Shown one piece after another: positions 16,835-26,019 of a stretch of 64,000 nt of DNA. The notes beneath the pieces were generated by a model. That model had not been told where the DNA came from and searched no databases. It saw nothing but the letters and a program-made list of their open reading frames with translations. A program made the position numbers and the translations under genes. Source of the stretch: a virus; the IMG/VR virus record IMGVR_UViG_3300025133_000024; one strand, given 5' to 3'. How positions within the stretch are numbered: position 1 is the first letter of the stretch; every line of letters begins with the position of its first letter.

Positions 16835-16859
16835 AATTATTTAACGAAATCGTTATAAA

Positions 16860-19832
16860 TTAATCCTCAAATGATGCTCCGGTATTGCTAATAACAAAAT
16901 CAATAGCAATATATTCAATAGAACGAGCAGGTTTGAGCATGATTTTAGCGTACATAATGTTTCTATCAATCAAATCAGCAGTTGTTGTTGATTGGTCCAA
17001 AACAACTTTAAAATCACTTAATCCAAAACGAGTTTGAATACTTCTGAGATAAGGCTCCACTTGACCTTTAAATCTTACCCAAGTTGACTTTACATTATTA
17101 TCAAACAATAGGGTTTTTGCAATTGTTGAAATTCTCTTTTTTGCCAAAATCATTAATCGACGAACATTAATTCTGTCTAATGCAGATGGTGTCACTTGCA
17201 GAGTCTTTTGACCCATGATAACAATACCTTCATTAGGGAAATGTGCAATCGGGTTAATATTTGCCTCATACAGTTTATCACGGTCTTCTTTAGTCAGTTT
17301 TTCTTTCACACCAACAACAGGAAGTCCAGCAACACCCAAAGACAAACCACCTCGATTAAAACCAGCAGGTGCAAACCAAGGCTCACTCTTTGCATCTGTC
17401 GTTGCAAATGTTCCCAAAGCAACAACTGAAGGAGGCACATCAACAATATTATCATTAATAGTATCTCGGATTTTTACCCAAGGATAAAAAGCACAACCAT
17501 AGCTGTTATTGATGCCGCGATTCTTAAGGTTTGTGATTGTCGTGTCAACATCACCCCTACGTCCACTCTCAGCAGTTGTATTTTCAGTTGGAGGGACATA
17601 ATCACCTTCCAAATCAATAACAGCTAAGGCATCAGACCTTTTATCACAAATATCAAGCAATTTACGAGTCAATGACTCATTCGAAATACCAGGAATTGCA
17701 GCAACATCATATTCAACAACTTCACTATCTGAAACTGCATCTAAAGCTCTTTGAACACTATGATAAGCATAGTTGGTTGTTTCTGTTCCGTTTAGGGTCT
17801 TGGAGTTTCTAAAAGGTTCCTTCTCAGCCACATCAAGACCATCAAAACCACCATATACAGGTAATGTGAACTTGTTGAAGCCGGAATCTAATACAACTTC
17901 ATAAGAAGATGTTGAAGAAGCAGCTAACGGAGAAACAGAACCAATTGCAGTGATTGATTGTCCCAAGACACGAGAACCACTCTCATATGTTGCATCAGCA
18001 TAATAAACGCTTGATGCAGAATATTGACGAACATCATCCAAAGAGAAGTAATATGATGTTTCAACACCAGTTGAGTCTTCATCATAATTTTCTGGTAATG
18101 CTCTAACAATATCCATGTGGTTCTTTGCTAGAAGTCTTGTAGAACCATTTCTATAAACATTGATACCAAAATAAGCATCTGTAGGTTTGGTTGTGTTTAC
18201 TTCTGAAGCAGTAAGAATTAACGGATGTTTGGGGAAAGCAAATGATGCTGTTACATTGTCAACATCAAGTCTATGAAGAATTGAGGATGCATCGTTAATC
18301 CCCATTGTTAAGCCTTCTCCACCAAAATGACTGCCTGAAGGAGCATGTGGCATTGAACCAGAACCACGAACGAAACCGGCATTTGATACAAATGTAGAAT
18401 CTGTTGTTCCCCTTCTATGCATCCCTACTTTTTTAAACCTTGGAGTTCCATAGAAACCAAAAGGAAGTAACCTTGGGTCTGTAAGAGCTTGCTTCACATC
18501 CTCAGCAATTTCAACATAAAAGAATTTGGAGTTGTTGTCATAATCACCATACTCAACATATGCTCTTTTGGTATAATTCCACTCTCTATATTTATCACCA
18601 ATTTTCTTTCCAATATAATTTGGCGCAAATGGATTTAATGAACAGTTTGCAAAGTATTCAACAACTTTTTTGCTTTGGTCATTATCATCAACTTTACGAA
18701 TCTCAACATCAAACACACCATATTGGTCACTTTGATTTTTGGAAGCTTTAATATTAGAAATTGAAACTTTTAGATTTTTTTGTTCCCAATCACCAGCCGT
18801 TAATGAATTAAAACGGAACAATTTAGGCATATTTTGGGGCATATAGGCTGCTGGAGTCAAAGATAAATCTTGTCCAAAAATCCAACCTGATTTTGAACGC
18901 TTTCCTTTAAACTGAAAATCACCACCATGGGCAGAACCAGAAAGAAGTGGAACAATAACACCATAAACAGAACCAGCACTTGAACCTGAGGGGACTTGCC
19001 GAACAACAAAATCTTCATATGACGGTCCTAACCAATATTTTGCATAATTGGGTGAGGAAGTGTCAATGATTGTGCTGTTTGTTAAGATTGGATTTGTGTT
19101 AAAGACTTTTCTAATGAATCGATTAGAATCTTCATTAAAATTGAATGAAGCTGTGAGGGATGAACCACCTTCGTCAATAATCGCAGTAAAAGTTTTATCT
19201 GTATCTGTGCTTTCAATAAGTTGACCAGAACCAGACAATTCAGGGTTTTGTCCTGTTGCAACCGTTGCAGTGTTTAAACCATAAGTTGTCTCACCTGATA
19301 AACGAATTGAAGAACCTTGTTTCATGTAGAAAATAGCCGCTAATGCACCTGTCATTGCTGAATCAGTATTAGAAACAAAATCTTCATAGGAACCAGAGTT
19401 AATAACAAATAACCCATAAGCTCCTGCATTTGTGGAAAGAAGAGTTGTTGGCGTGAAGTTGCCATCTTGAGGCCAACCTGCAACACCAGCAGAAGTTGCA
19501 TTTTCATGTTGGTCGCCAAGCAAACGAACAAATGTTGCTGGACCTTTAGATTTTAGATAGGCTTGCATTGCATAAGCACCATAAGTAGGTGCAGAGTAAT
19601 TTCCATCTCTCCAGATGTCATTATTTAATGTTCCACCACCTGCGATGGGTTCACCGAATGTTTCAAAGAAGTCTGAAACTGATTCAACTTGAACTGGAAT
19701 AAGACCTGGACCCCTCTCGGAACGACCAATTACTAACGCTCCAATTCCATTTCTACTACGTGGTCTAGTTGTTAAATCAACTTCTCTTGTCTGTACACTC
19801 GGAGAAACAAATTTATATTTTCTTGTGGGCAT
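16860..19832 (-). CDS. gp18: Tail sheath protein (gp18-like)
   Basis: KFVSPSV N-terminus, WFAPAGFNRG, LYEANINPI, QKTLQVTPSALDRINVRRL sheath motifs. Confidence 0.95.
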   Translation of the reverse strand: MPTRKYKFVSPSVQTREVDLTTRPRSRNGIGALVIGRSERGPGLIPVQVESVSDFFETFGEPIAGGGTLNNDIWRDGNYSAPTYGAYAMQAYLKSKGPATFVRLLGDQHENATSAGVAGWPQDGNFTPTTLLSTNAGAYGLFVINSGSYEDFVSNTDSAMTGALAAIFYMKQGSSIRLSGETTYGLNTATVATGQNPELSGSGQLIESTDTDKTFTAIIDEGGSSLTASFNFNEDSNRFIRKVFNTNPILTNSTIIDTSSPNYAKYWLGPSYEDFVVRQVPSGSSAGSVYGVIVPLLSGSAHGGDFQFKGKRSKSGWIFGQDLSLTPAAYMPQNMPKLFRFNSLTAGDWEQKNLKVSISNIKASKNQSDQYGVFDVEIRKVDDNDQSKKVVEYFANCSLNPFAPNYIGKKIGDKYREWNYTKRAYVEYGDYDNNSKFFYVEIAEDVKQALTDPRLLPFGFYGTPRFKKVGMHRRGTTDSTFVSNAGFVRGSGSMPHAPSGSHFGGEGLTMGINDASSILHRLDVDNVTASFAFPKHPLILTASEVNTTKPTDAYFGINVYRNGSTRLLAKNHMDIVRALPENYDEDSTGVETSYYFSLDDVRQYSASSVYYADATYESGSRVLGQSITAIGSVSPLAASSTSSYEVVLDSGFNKFTLPVYGGFDGLDVAEKEPFRNSKTLNGTETTNYAYHSVQRALDAVSDSEVVEYDVAAIPGISNESLTRKLLDICDKRSDALAVIDLEGDYVPPTENTTAESGRRGDVDTTITNLKNRGINNSYGCAFYPWVKIRDTINDNIVDVPPSVVALGTFATTDAKSEPWFAPAGFNRGGLSLGVAGLPVVGVKEKLTKEDRDKLYEANINPIAHFPNEGIVIMGQKTLQVTPSALDRINVRRLMILAKKRISTIAKTLLFDNNVKSTWVRFKGQVEPYLRSIQTRFGLSDFKVVLDQSTTTADLIDRNIMYAKIMLKPARSIEYIAIDFVISNTGASFED

Positions 19833-19878
19833 TCATCTATATCTCCATACGATAAAATAATATAATAATAATCAAACA

Positions 19879-19887
19879 TAAATAGTT
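19879..19887 (-). promoter_or_regulatory. Late-promoter-like motif AACTATTTA upstream of sheath
   Basis: Recurrent intergenic motif 47 nt before the ATG. Confidence 0.6.
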
Positions 19888-19938
19888 GATGTTATTTTCA
19901 AACAAACTTGATATATTATTAAAAACTAATGTTAATAA

Positions 19939-21669
19939 CTAATTATAATAATTTTGATATATTGGATTGTCTAAAATATATTCTTTCAAGTCATCTTCTT
20001 TTAATAATTTTAACAAAACTGCTATTGGAGTATGAAGATTACTTGCGACCCAAGTTTTTACATCTAAATTATTATCTTGAGATAATTTTTCTAGAAGATC
20101 TGGTTGCATAGTTGTTCTTGCGACTTTTGCTCGAATATTAATAGATTCATCATTTGATAGTTTTGATAATATATATTCTGATACATTCTGTTCGGATAAT
20201 GTTGCTCGTCTAACAAGTTCATCTTCATCTTCGGAAAATATTTCTAAAATATCTAAGGGTAATTGTTGGTGATACAATAATTGTATTTTTAAACTTGTGT
20301 CGCCAACTTTAGCTAAATACCTCATTAAATTATGAGATAAATTAGGATTTTGTGCAATATATTTAGCAACAATTGGCATTCTAGCTAAGTTTTCCAAAAT
20401 TTCTTCTGGAACGTTGGGGTTCTTTGCAAGATTCATTAATATTCTTGGATGTAACTCGTCTTTGTACAGCTTTAATAAAATGTCTGAAGGAGTAGCTATG
20501 TTTGAGGCGAGTCCTTGTTTGACTGCAACAATTTCGTAATTAACAAATTCATACATCAATTCAATAGGTAAATTAGGATTCCTTGCTAGAGAACGAAGAA
20601 CAATTTTATTTGTGTCGTTACTTAAATAAGTTAATATTTTAACAGGCGTTTTAGGGTTTCTTGCAATTCCTCGCCTAATCTCATAGTTATCATCTTGAGC
20701 AGCTTCCCAAAAAAACGCTACCATACCTTTTGTATCAATTGTTTTCTTTGTTTTTAACAAAAACTCTTTTGTCCATGGAAAATACCCTATGTGTTCGTAC
20801 AAGAAAATAATATAGTATTTTTTATCAACACCTAACTGTAACAATAAATTATGCAACAAGATTTGCTGCTCTTTTGGTAAATCATCATCATCAGAATCTT
20901 TAAATTGAGGCTCTTCTTTGTCGTTTCCATAAGAAATTTGAAAAAGTTCATCTGTTTCTAAATTTTTAAAGTAAAACAAAGGTGAAAATGGACGATAATA
21001 CGTTTCAAAATGATTTTCTTCAGGATTTGCTGTACACCATTCTGTCTCTAAACCGTAAGAGCAAGCGGCGTTTTTAGTGTGCAATGCAGCAATAAACCAA
21101 CCCTCATGGTTTTCCGAGAAAACTTCTACTTCACCATGAACATCTGTTAGTCTTTCACGCCTAAAGAGCATTATGGCATCATCTGCTTCTTTTGTAACTT
21201 CCCCTAGTGTCTCAAATGTTAAAGCAGATAAATCCTTTTCAGACATTAAATCTCGATAACCAAAATATTTTTCAAGTTGTCTTCGAATACTTTCAACAAA
21301 TTTATCAAAGTTTTGATAATACCAGCTAAAATCTTGAACTGAGGATTGTTGAATTTGTTTTGCCATCCAAATTACAGAGGTGGAGCGTTCTGTTTCTCCC
21401 CTAGTCTGTTCTTCTGTGCCATCAGGGGATGATTTAAGGGAGTCAATATCAATATTTTCGAGCATTTTGTATAATATTGATATTTGCCTATTCCATTCGT
21501 TTTCATCTAATGGTTCTTGGTTGTTTTGTTGTAAGGTGTAGTTAATTCCTTTGAATTTTTTACCCATTACTTTTTTTAATTTATCAAATGCTGAAGATAA
21601 ACTAACAGCCTCTAACAACACTCTTTGTATTTCTTCTTTTATGAGTTGTTTGATAATATTATTGGTCAT
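19939..21669 (-). CDS. IKEE-motif protein with a WCT (PcfJ-like) domain and C-terminal leucine-rich-variant repeats
   Basis: N-terminal KQLIKEEIQRVLLE; YGLETEWCTA; about 9 repeats of the A(R/K)NPNxPxxILxxLxxD type. Confidence 0.7.
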   Translation of the reverse strand: MTNNIIKQLIKEEIQRVLLEAVSLSSAFDKLKKVMGKKFKGINYTLQQNNQEPLDENEWNRQISILYKMLENIDIDSLKSSPDGTEEQTRGETERSTSVIWMAKQIQQSSVQDFSWYYQNFDKFVESIRRQLEKYFGYRDLMSEKDLSALTFETLGEVTKEADDAIMLFRRERLTDVHGEVEVFSENHEGWFIAALHTKNAACSYGLETEWCTANPEENHFETYYRPFSPLFYFKNLETDELFQISYGNDKEEPQFKDSDDDDLPKEQQILLHNLLLQLGVDKKYYIIFLYEHIGYFPWTKEFLLKTKKTIDTKGMVAFFWEAAQDDNYEIRRGIARNPKTPVKILTYLSNDTNKIVLRSLARNPNLPIELMYEFVNYEIVAVKQGLASNIATPSDILLKLYKDELHPRILMNLAKNPNVPEEILENLARMPIVAKYIAQNPNLSHNLMRYLAKVGDTSLKIQLLYHQQLPLDILEIFSEDEDELVRRATLSEQNVSEYILSKLSNDESINIRAKVARTTMQPDLLEKLSQDNNLDVKTWVASNLHTPIAVLLKLLKEDDLKEYILDNPIYQNYYN

Positions 21670-21672
21670 ATA

Positions 21673-22527
21673 CTACATTCTGTATTTTTTTATTAGATTT
21701 GTGTGCTCTGGAGAGTCTTCGGTTATTGTTCTTTCTCTTTGAATCTTAAACTCTACAGCATTTTCTCTTAATGTTTTCTTGGGATACTTATCATTTTTAT
21801 TACTTCCCATCAAATAACCTAAAGTTCTTATGTTTATCACACTTTCAAACTTTCTTTCTTCCTCACCCATACTAGAAACATTATTTTCTTGACCAAAAGA
21901 GGGCTCAAAGAAACATTCATATTTGTGACCTTCATGGTTAATAAAGAAGCTTGTTATTTGACCAGCATGAACGATAAATGGTTGCAATAATTCATTTATT
22001 TGTTGTTGGTGTTCTGTCTTTACATTGATTTGATAATTAATTTTTAACCATACTGGTAGAGGAAATGTATATAAATAATTTACTGGCGGCTTTTCTTTTT
22101 TTGTTCTAAAATTGATTTGACCTTGACCAACATTTCCTTCACTTGTTCTATAAGACTGAGCATTAGCAAAATTGGACGTTTTGTCTTGATTTAATATTTT
22201 TGCACCAATAAATGTTCCACCTTTATAATCAGGAACATTGGGCATATGAGCCTGAACAATTCCTTTAAAAGAAGGGTCTTTGTCCATAGATGTTCTCTCA
22301 ACAGTTATTAAAGGAAGAATCAAAGACCCTTCTTTATCGCGGATTTCCTTGTTTTGTTTTATTTGTGCAACTCTTTCTGAGGAAACCCATAACACATTGG
22401 TTTTTTCCCATCCATTGTGTGTTGTGCAGTGAAGATTCATTTCTTCATCAAGCCAACGATAGAAGGCATAATCAATTGTTTCTATTGTAGATGGCTGAAA
22501 TATAATTTCTTTAGTGTTGTGTGACAT
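21673..22527 (-). CDS. Tail completion / sheath stabiliser (gp15-like)
   Basis: STIETIDYAFYRW, LILPLITVER, QQQINELLQPF motifs; between neck and sheath genes. Confidence 0.6.
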   Translation of the reverse strand: MSHNTKEIIFQPSTIETIDYAFYRWLDEEMNLHCTTHNGWEKTNVLWVSSERVAQIKQNKEIRDKEGSLILPLITVERTSMDKDPSFKGIVQAHMPNVPDYKGGTFIGAKILNQDKTSNFANAQSYRTSEGNVGQGQINFRTKKEKPPVNYLYTFPLPVWLKINYQINVKTEHQQQINELLQPFIVHAGQITSFFINHEGHKYECFFEPSFGQENNVSSMGEEERKFESVINIRTLGYLMGSNKNDKYPKKTLRENAVEFKIQRERTITEDSPEHTNLIKKYRM

Positions 22528-22536
22528 GTTAGTGTT

Positions 22537-23331
22537 TTATATCCAAGCAATAAAGTTTTGTTTATTAATTCCTGACCAATCTCTTTGCCACACTTTCTTA
22601 GCCCCTGGCGTTATTGTTGCAAACATTTCATTAACACCACCCGATGTTAAGAATATACCATCTATTTCAATATTCGTAGATGAAGAGATTTTCTGTAATA
22701 TTTTTTGTGTATTTAAATATCGTAAAAATCGTGCATATGCCTTTTGAGCAAGACCTTGACCGCGAAATGAAACGTCTAAACCTTTTGGCATATGTGTAGT
22801 CATGAATCCAAAATTTTCCCAACCTTTTTGTTGAGCGATGTTGTACATTTCTTGTAAAGCACTAATTCTAAGGCCAAAATGAATTGAGAATTCATCTTGT
22901 GAACTACTTATTTCTTTTTTTCTATAAGAAACAGGAGTCACTATTTGCCCGGTTGCTGTTATTGTTGATATAATGTTTTCTTGAAACATTATTTTAATGT
23001 TCCCCAAAATATAATCACCATCATCTTCCGAATGTATTTTAATTGATGGTACAAAATTAAAATATTTCTTTTCTTTTGAGAAATCTCGACCAGAAAATTC
23101 AGCAGGGGATGGCTCTTGTTCCTGGTAAGCATGTTTAATCTTAAACTTGTTTTTCTGCGAATATTTATTTTCACCTGAAGAGGGGAGAGGGTTTGTTGAG
23201 TGACGTGTTAAAGAGGCATGGTACCCTCCCTCAGTTTCGTCTTCGTCTTCTATATCGAAATCAAAACTTAAATCACCCCAATCCATCTCTTTCAAAATTT
23301 CTTCTTTTATGAGACGTTTAATATTAAACAT
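22537..23331 (-). CDS. IKEE-motif protein with a putative GNAT acetyltransferase domain (start reassigned to MFNIKRLIKEE)
   Basis: Acetyl-CoA-binding-like motif LDVSFRGQGLAQKAY and TITPGAKKVW; ATG overlaps the stop of the upstream neck gene. Confidence 0.55.
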   Translation of the reverse strand: MFNIKRLIKEEILKEMDWGDLSFDFDIEDEDETEGGYHASLTRHSTNPLPSSGENKYSQKNKFKIKHAYQEQEPSPAEFSGRDFSKEKKYFNFVPSIKIHSEDDGDYILGNIKIMFQENIISTITATGQIVTPVSYRKKEISSSQDEFSIHFGLRISALQEMYNIAQQKGWENFGFMTTHMPKGLDVSFRGQGLAQKAYARFLRYLNTQKILQKISSSTNIEIDGIFLTSGGVNEMFATITPGAKKVWQRDWSGINKQNFIAWI

Positions 23332-23812
23332 TAAACAAACCTTTTCTTGCTTTGATGCATTTTGCAGATATTTCAAATTTATGCTCGACCTGTCCGAATA
23401 ATTGTCTCGGTTCATTCAAGGTAACAATCTCGTAATAAAACTCACCATACTTAACAAAATCACCTTCTCTAACATATAAATTTTGGTCTTCTGTTAACCT
23501 TCTTTTATGAAAATTGACAATAATTGATGAACGCTTATCAACACCATACCTCTCTGTTTGAGTATTTTGACCTTCCCATGTCACCATCGCATGAACCTGA
23601 ATAGGAGGCAAAAAATTCTTTTGTATGGCTTCTCCATATAAAGAATGATAGTCCGTTATATTATCATCAATTGCAAAATATAATATCTGTTGACCAATGA
23701 CCCTCTCCAGAAGCTCATCGTTTAACTGCTTTGCGAGGTCTCTCTCTTTCTTTCCAAGAAACATTGGTGGTGGGGGTGCTGGTTCTCTATTCCAACGATT
23801 GTCGTGGCTCAT
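23324..23812 (-). CDS. Neck / head-closure protein (gp14-like; start reassigned to MSHDN)
   Basis: PPPPMFLGKKERD, LYGEA, VHAMV, VREGDFVKYGEFYYEI motifs. Confidence 0.7.
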   Translation of the reverse strand: MSHDNRWNREPAPPPPMFLGKKERDLAKQLNDELLERVIGQQILYFAIDDNITDYHSLYGEAIQKNFLPPIQVHAMVTWEGQNTQTERYGVDKRSSIIVNFHKRRLTEDQNLYVREGDFVKYGEFYYEIVTLNEPRQLFGQVEHKFEISAKCIKARKGLFNV

Positions 23813-23958
23813 AGGATGAATTATTTTCCTTTTTCTTGTTGGCAAAAATAAAACTCTTTAAAATCTTCTCCTAACATATTAAAAAGATTTTGCAAAGAAT
23901 TGACTTCTTGAACCCGAACAACCTCTTTTCAACCTCTTCTTTTATGATTTGTTTAAAA

Positions 23959-25266
23959 TTATCTATCAAAAAAGACAAAACTTAAACCTCCTGGAGAATC
24001 ATCATTTTCATATACTGCAATGTTATAAGCATGAAGGTCATGTGGATTATATCCTTTTTGAAATAACTCCAATAGTTCGTTTGCAAAAGTGAATATTTGA
24101 GGCCGTGTTAGAACAGGAACAGTTGTATATTCATAGTCTTCCAAGCTATCTTGTCCCTCTGGTGTCTCTATAGCTGTCTTTATATCAATATTATTGTGAT
24201 GTGCAATCCATGAAATAAGATATGCAAAATTAATATCTGGCTTTAAGCGTTTTTGCATATCTGCTAAAGTAGCTTCCTTATAGGGATGGTCTAAATATCG
24301 TGGTTCATGATGAAGTTTTGCAAAATATTCAATCATTATTTCTGGAAGAAATGACATGCGAACATAAAAAACTTCACCTCTTATAACCTCCCCATAATCA
24401 ATAATGTTTGGATTACCAGTTGAACCCTCACCAGAAAAAGCATCTGATTTGATTTTTTTTGCATCTTCTAAATCATCACCATAAAAATGAGCAATCTTTA
24501 AAACTGTATGGTCATCTAAGAGAAAAATAAAACCATGTGTCCCTCTACCAACTTTTTTCACTATTCTATTTGTTTTCAATGGTTTTATTCTATTAAGGTC
24601 CGACATAGTTAAACCAATCGCGGAACACCATTTTGCGAAGGTGCTCTGTTTGTTTGTCGCGGATTTTTTTCTCAAGAATTTGATGTTGTGTCGTAGGTTT
24701 TGCGCTGTTTGGTGCCTTCGTCGAGCCAGTCCTCGACGTCGAGATTCAATAAGGAGCTTGATTTCTTCTTTTATAATTTGTTTTATCCGAGAGAATGATT
24801 TTCTTTCTTGCAAAACATTTAATATATCCACACCTTTATATTTTTCAAGGCCGGGGATTTTTCCCATTATCATGTCAAACCAAAACAATATGTTCTTAAA
24901 GGTTAACAGCGTCATTCCTTTTTTTCTTATTTGACCAATAATATCAAACAAAACAGATAAAGAAAAGAAGAAGTTTTTAAACTTGATTGCTGAATCATCG
25001 GGGAGAGTGCAATCTTCTTCTTTTTTTCTAAGTTTTCTTTTTTCTGTCTTGATTATCTCCTCTGGAAGACTGTCTGGAGACAACCATTGCTTCACATAAT
25101 TAATTGATTTTGACATCTCTGAATAATTTTTGACATCATCAATGAAATCCTGTTCTAACATACTTTCAAATTTAGGTAAAACTAACTCAACACCCCTTTT
25201 TATGGCAATAAGCTTTTCTTCTTCTGAAAGAGATTTTACTTTTTTATCTAAATCATCTGTAAACAT
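23959..25266 (-). CDS. Protein with a C-terminal protein-kinase-like domain and an internal IKEE motif
   Basis: Gly loop VGRGTHG, beta3 lysine VLKI, catalytic loop HDLHAYN, terminal FFD; internal RIKQIIKEEIKLLIE just before the kinase part. Confidence 0.7.
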   Translation of the reverse strand: MFTDDLDKKVKSLSEEEKLIAIKRGVELVLPKFESMLEQDFIDDVKNYSEMSKSINYVKQWLSPDSLPEEIIKTEKRKLRKKEEDCTLPDDSAIKFKNFFFSLSVLFDIIGQIRKKGMTLLTFKNILFWFDMIMGKIPGLEKYKGVDILNVLQERKSFSRIKQIIKEEIKLLIESRRRGLARRRHQTAQNLRHNIKFLRKKSATNKQSTFAKWCSAIGLTMSDLNRIKPLKTNRIVKKVGRGTHGFIFLLDDHTVLKIAHFYGDDLEDAKKIKSDAFSGEGSTGNPNIIDYGEVIRGEVFYVRMSFLPEIMIEYFAKLHHEPRYLDHPYKEATLADMQKRLKPDINFAYLISWIAHHNNIDIKTAIETPEGQDSLEDYEYTTVPVLTRPQIFTFANELLELFQKGYNPHDLHAYNIAVYENDDSPGGLSFVFFDR

Positions 25267-25269
25267 GTT

Positions 25270-25470
25270 TTATCCCATTGTCATATGCATTGGCATTTTT
25301 GTTAAGGCTTGATTTATATGTTCCGCCTCTTGTGCCTGAATCTCAGCGATTTTTGCATATGTTAATTCATCCAAGATTGTCTTAAGTTCTTCTTTTAACT
25401 TTTGCTGTTCTTCTTTTTTTTCTCTTTCTGAAAGAACTTCAATTTTTTTATTTAAGTCTTCTGAAAACAT
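25270..25470 (-). pseudogene. Chimeric 66-aa ORF: kinase-ORF-like N-terminus fused to a copy of the neck protein C-terminus
   Basis: MFSEDLNKKIEVLSEREK resembles MFTDDLDKKVKSLSEEEK; the last 48 aa match the end of 26020..27312 except one residue (H/Y). Confidence 0.7.
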
Positions 25471-25480
25471 AAATTATTTC

Positions 25481-25984
25481 CTATTGAAAATATCGCTCTA
25501 ATTCCATTTTTTCGGATGGTAAAATTCTATTGGCCGATTGTTTAATCAATAATTCCCCAATCCGAGGAATATCTTTGTATTTAACTTTTTCAAGGGAAAT
25601 ATATTTATAAAATTTTCTATCTTTTATTATAGTCTCTATAATATCTTTGTATCGTTGGTCAAGACCCATTGCCCATCTTTCTATTATTGATGTATCTTCT
25701 AAAAGACTACTAATAAACCAATTTAAAGCCTCAATTTTTTCTTCATTATCTAGATAGATAGAGACTTTTTTTATTAATGCTTTTTTTGCATTTACAATCA
25801 TATTGTTTAAAACAGATTCATCTTCTGGTATTTGCTGACCTTTTCTTTTAAGATAATTCGAAATTATTCTTTTCAACTCTTGTCGGAATTCTTCTGAATT
25901 AAAATATAAAGAAGGGTTTTTGAATACAGGATTTAAGTGAAACCTTGAGCCTTCGTTGAGCGTTTTTTTAATTTTTATTTTCAT
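25481..25984 (-). CDS. Hypothetical protein between the direct repeats, possibly truncated
   Basis: 167 aa ending ELERYFQ*, weakly reminiscent of QLEKYFG in the N-terminal half of 19939..21669. Confidence 0.55.
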   Translation of the reverse strand: MKIKIKKTLNEGSRFHLNPVFKNPSLYFNSEEFRQELKRIISNYLKRKGQQIPEDESVLNNMIVNAKKALIKKVSIYLDNEEKIEALNWFISSLLEDTSIIERWAMGLDQRYKDIIETIIKDRKFYKYISLEKVKYKDIPRIGELLIKQSANRILPSEKMELERYFQ

Positions 25985-26019
25985 AATTCATCCTGTTATC
26001 ATATTGATAAACACATTGC

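Noticed and set aside
23959-25470. Kinase plus small upstream ORF as a HipBA-like toxin-antitoxin pair
   Set aside because: The small ORF is a chimera of neighbouring gene fragments with no HTH, and the kinase motifs are not specifically HipA-like.
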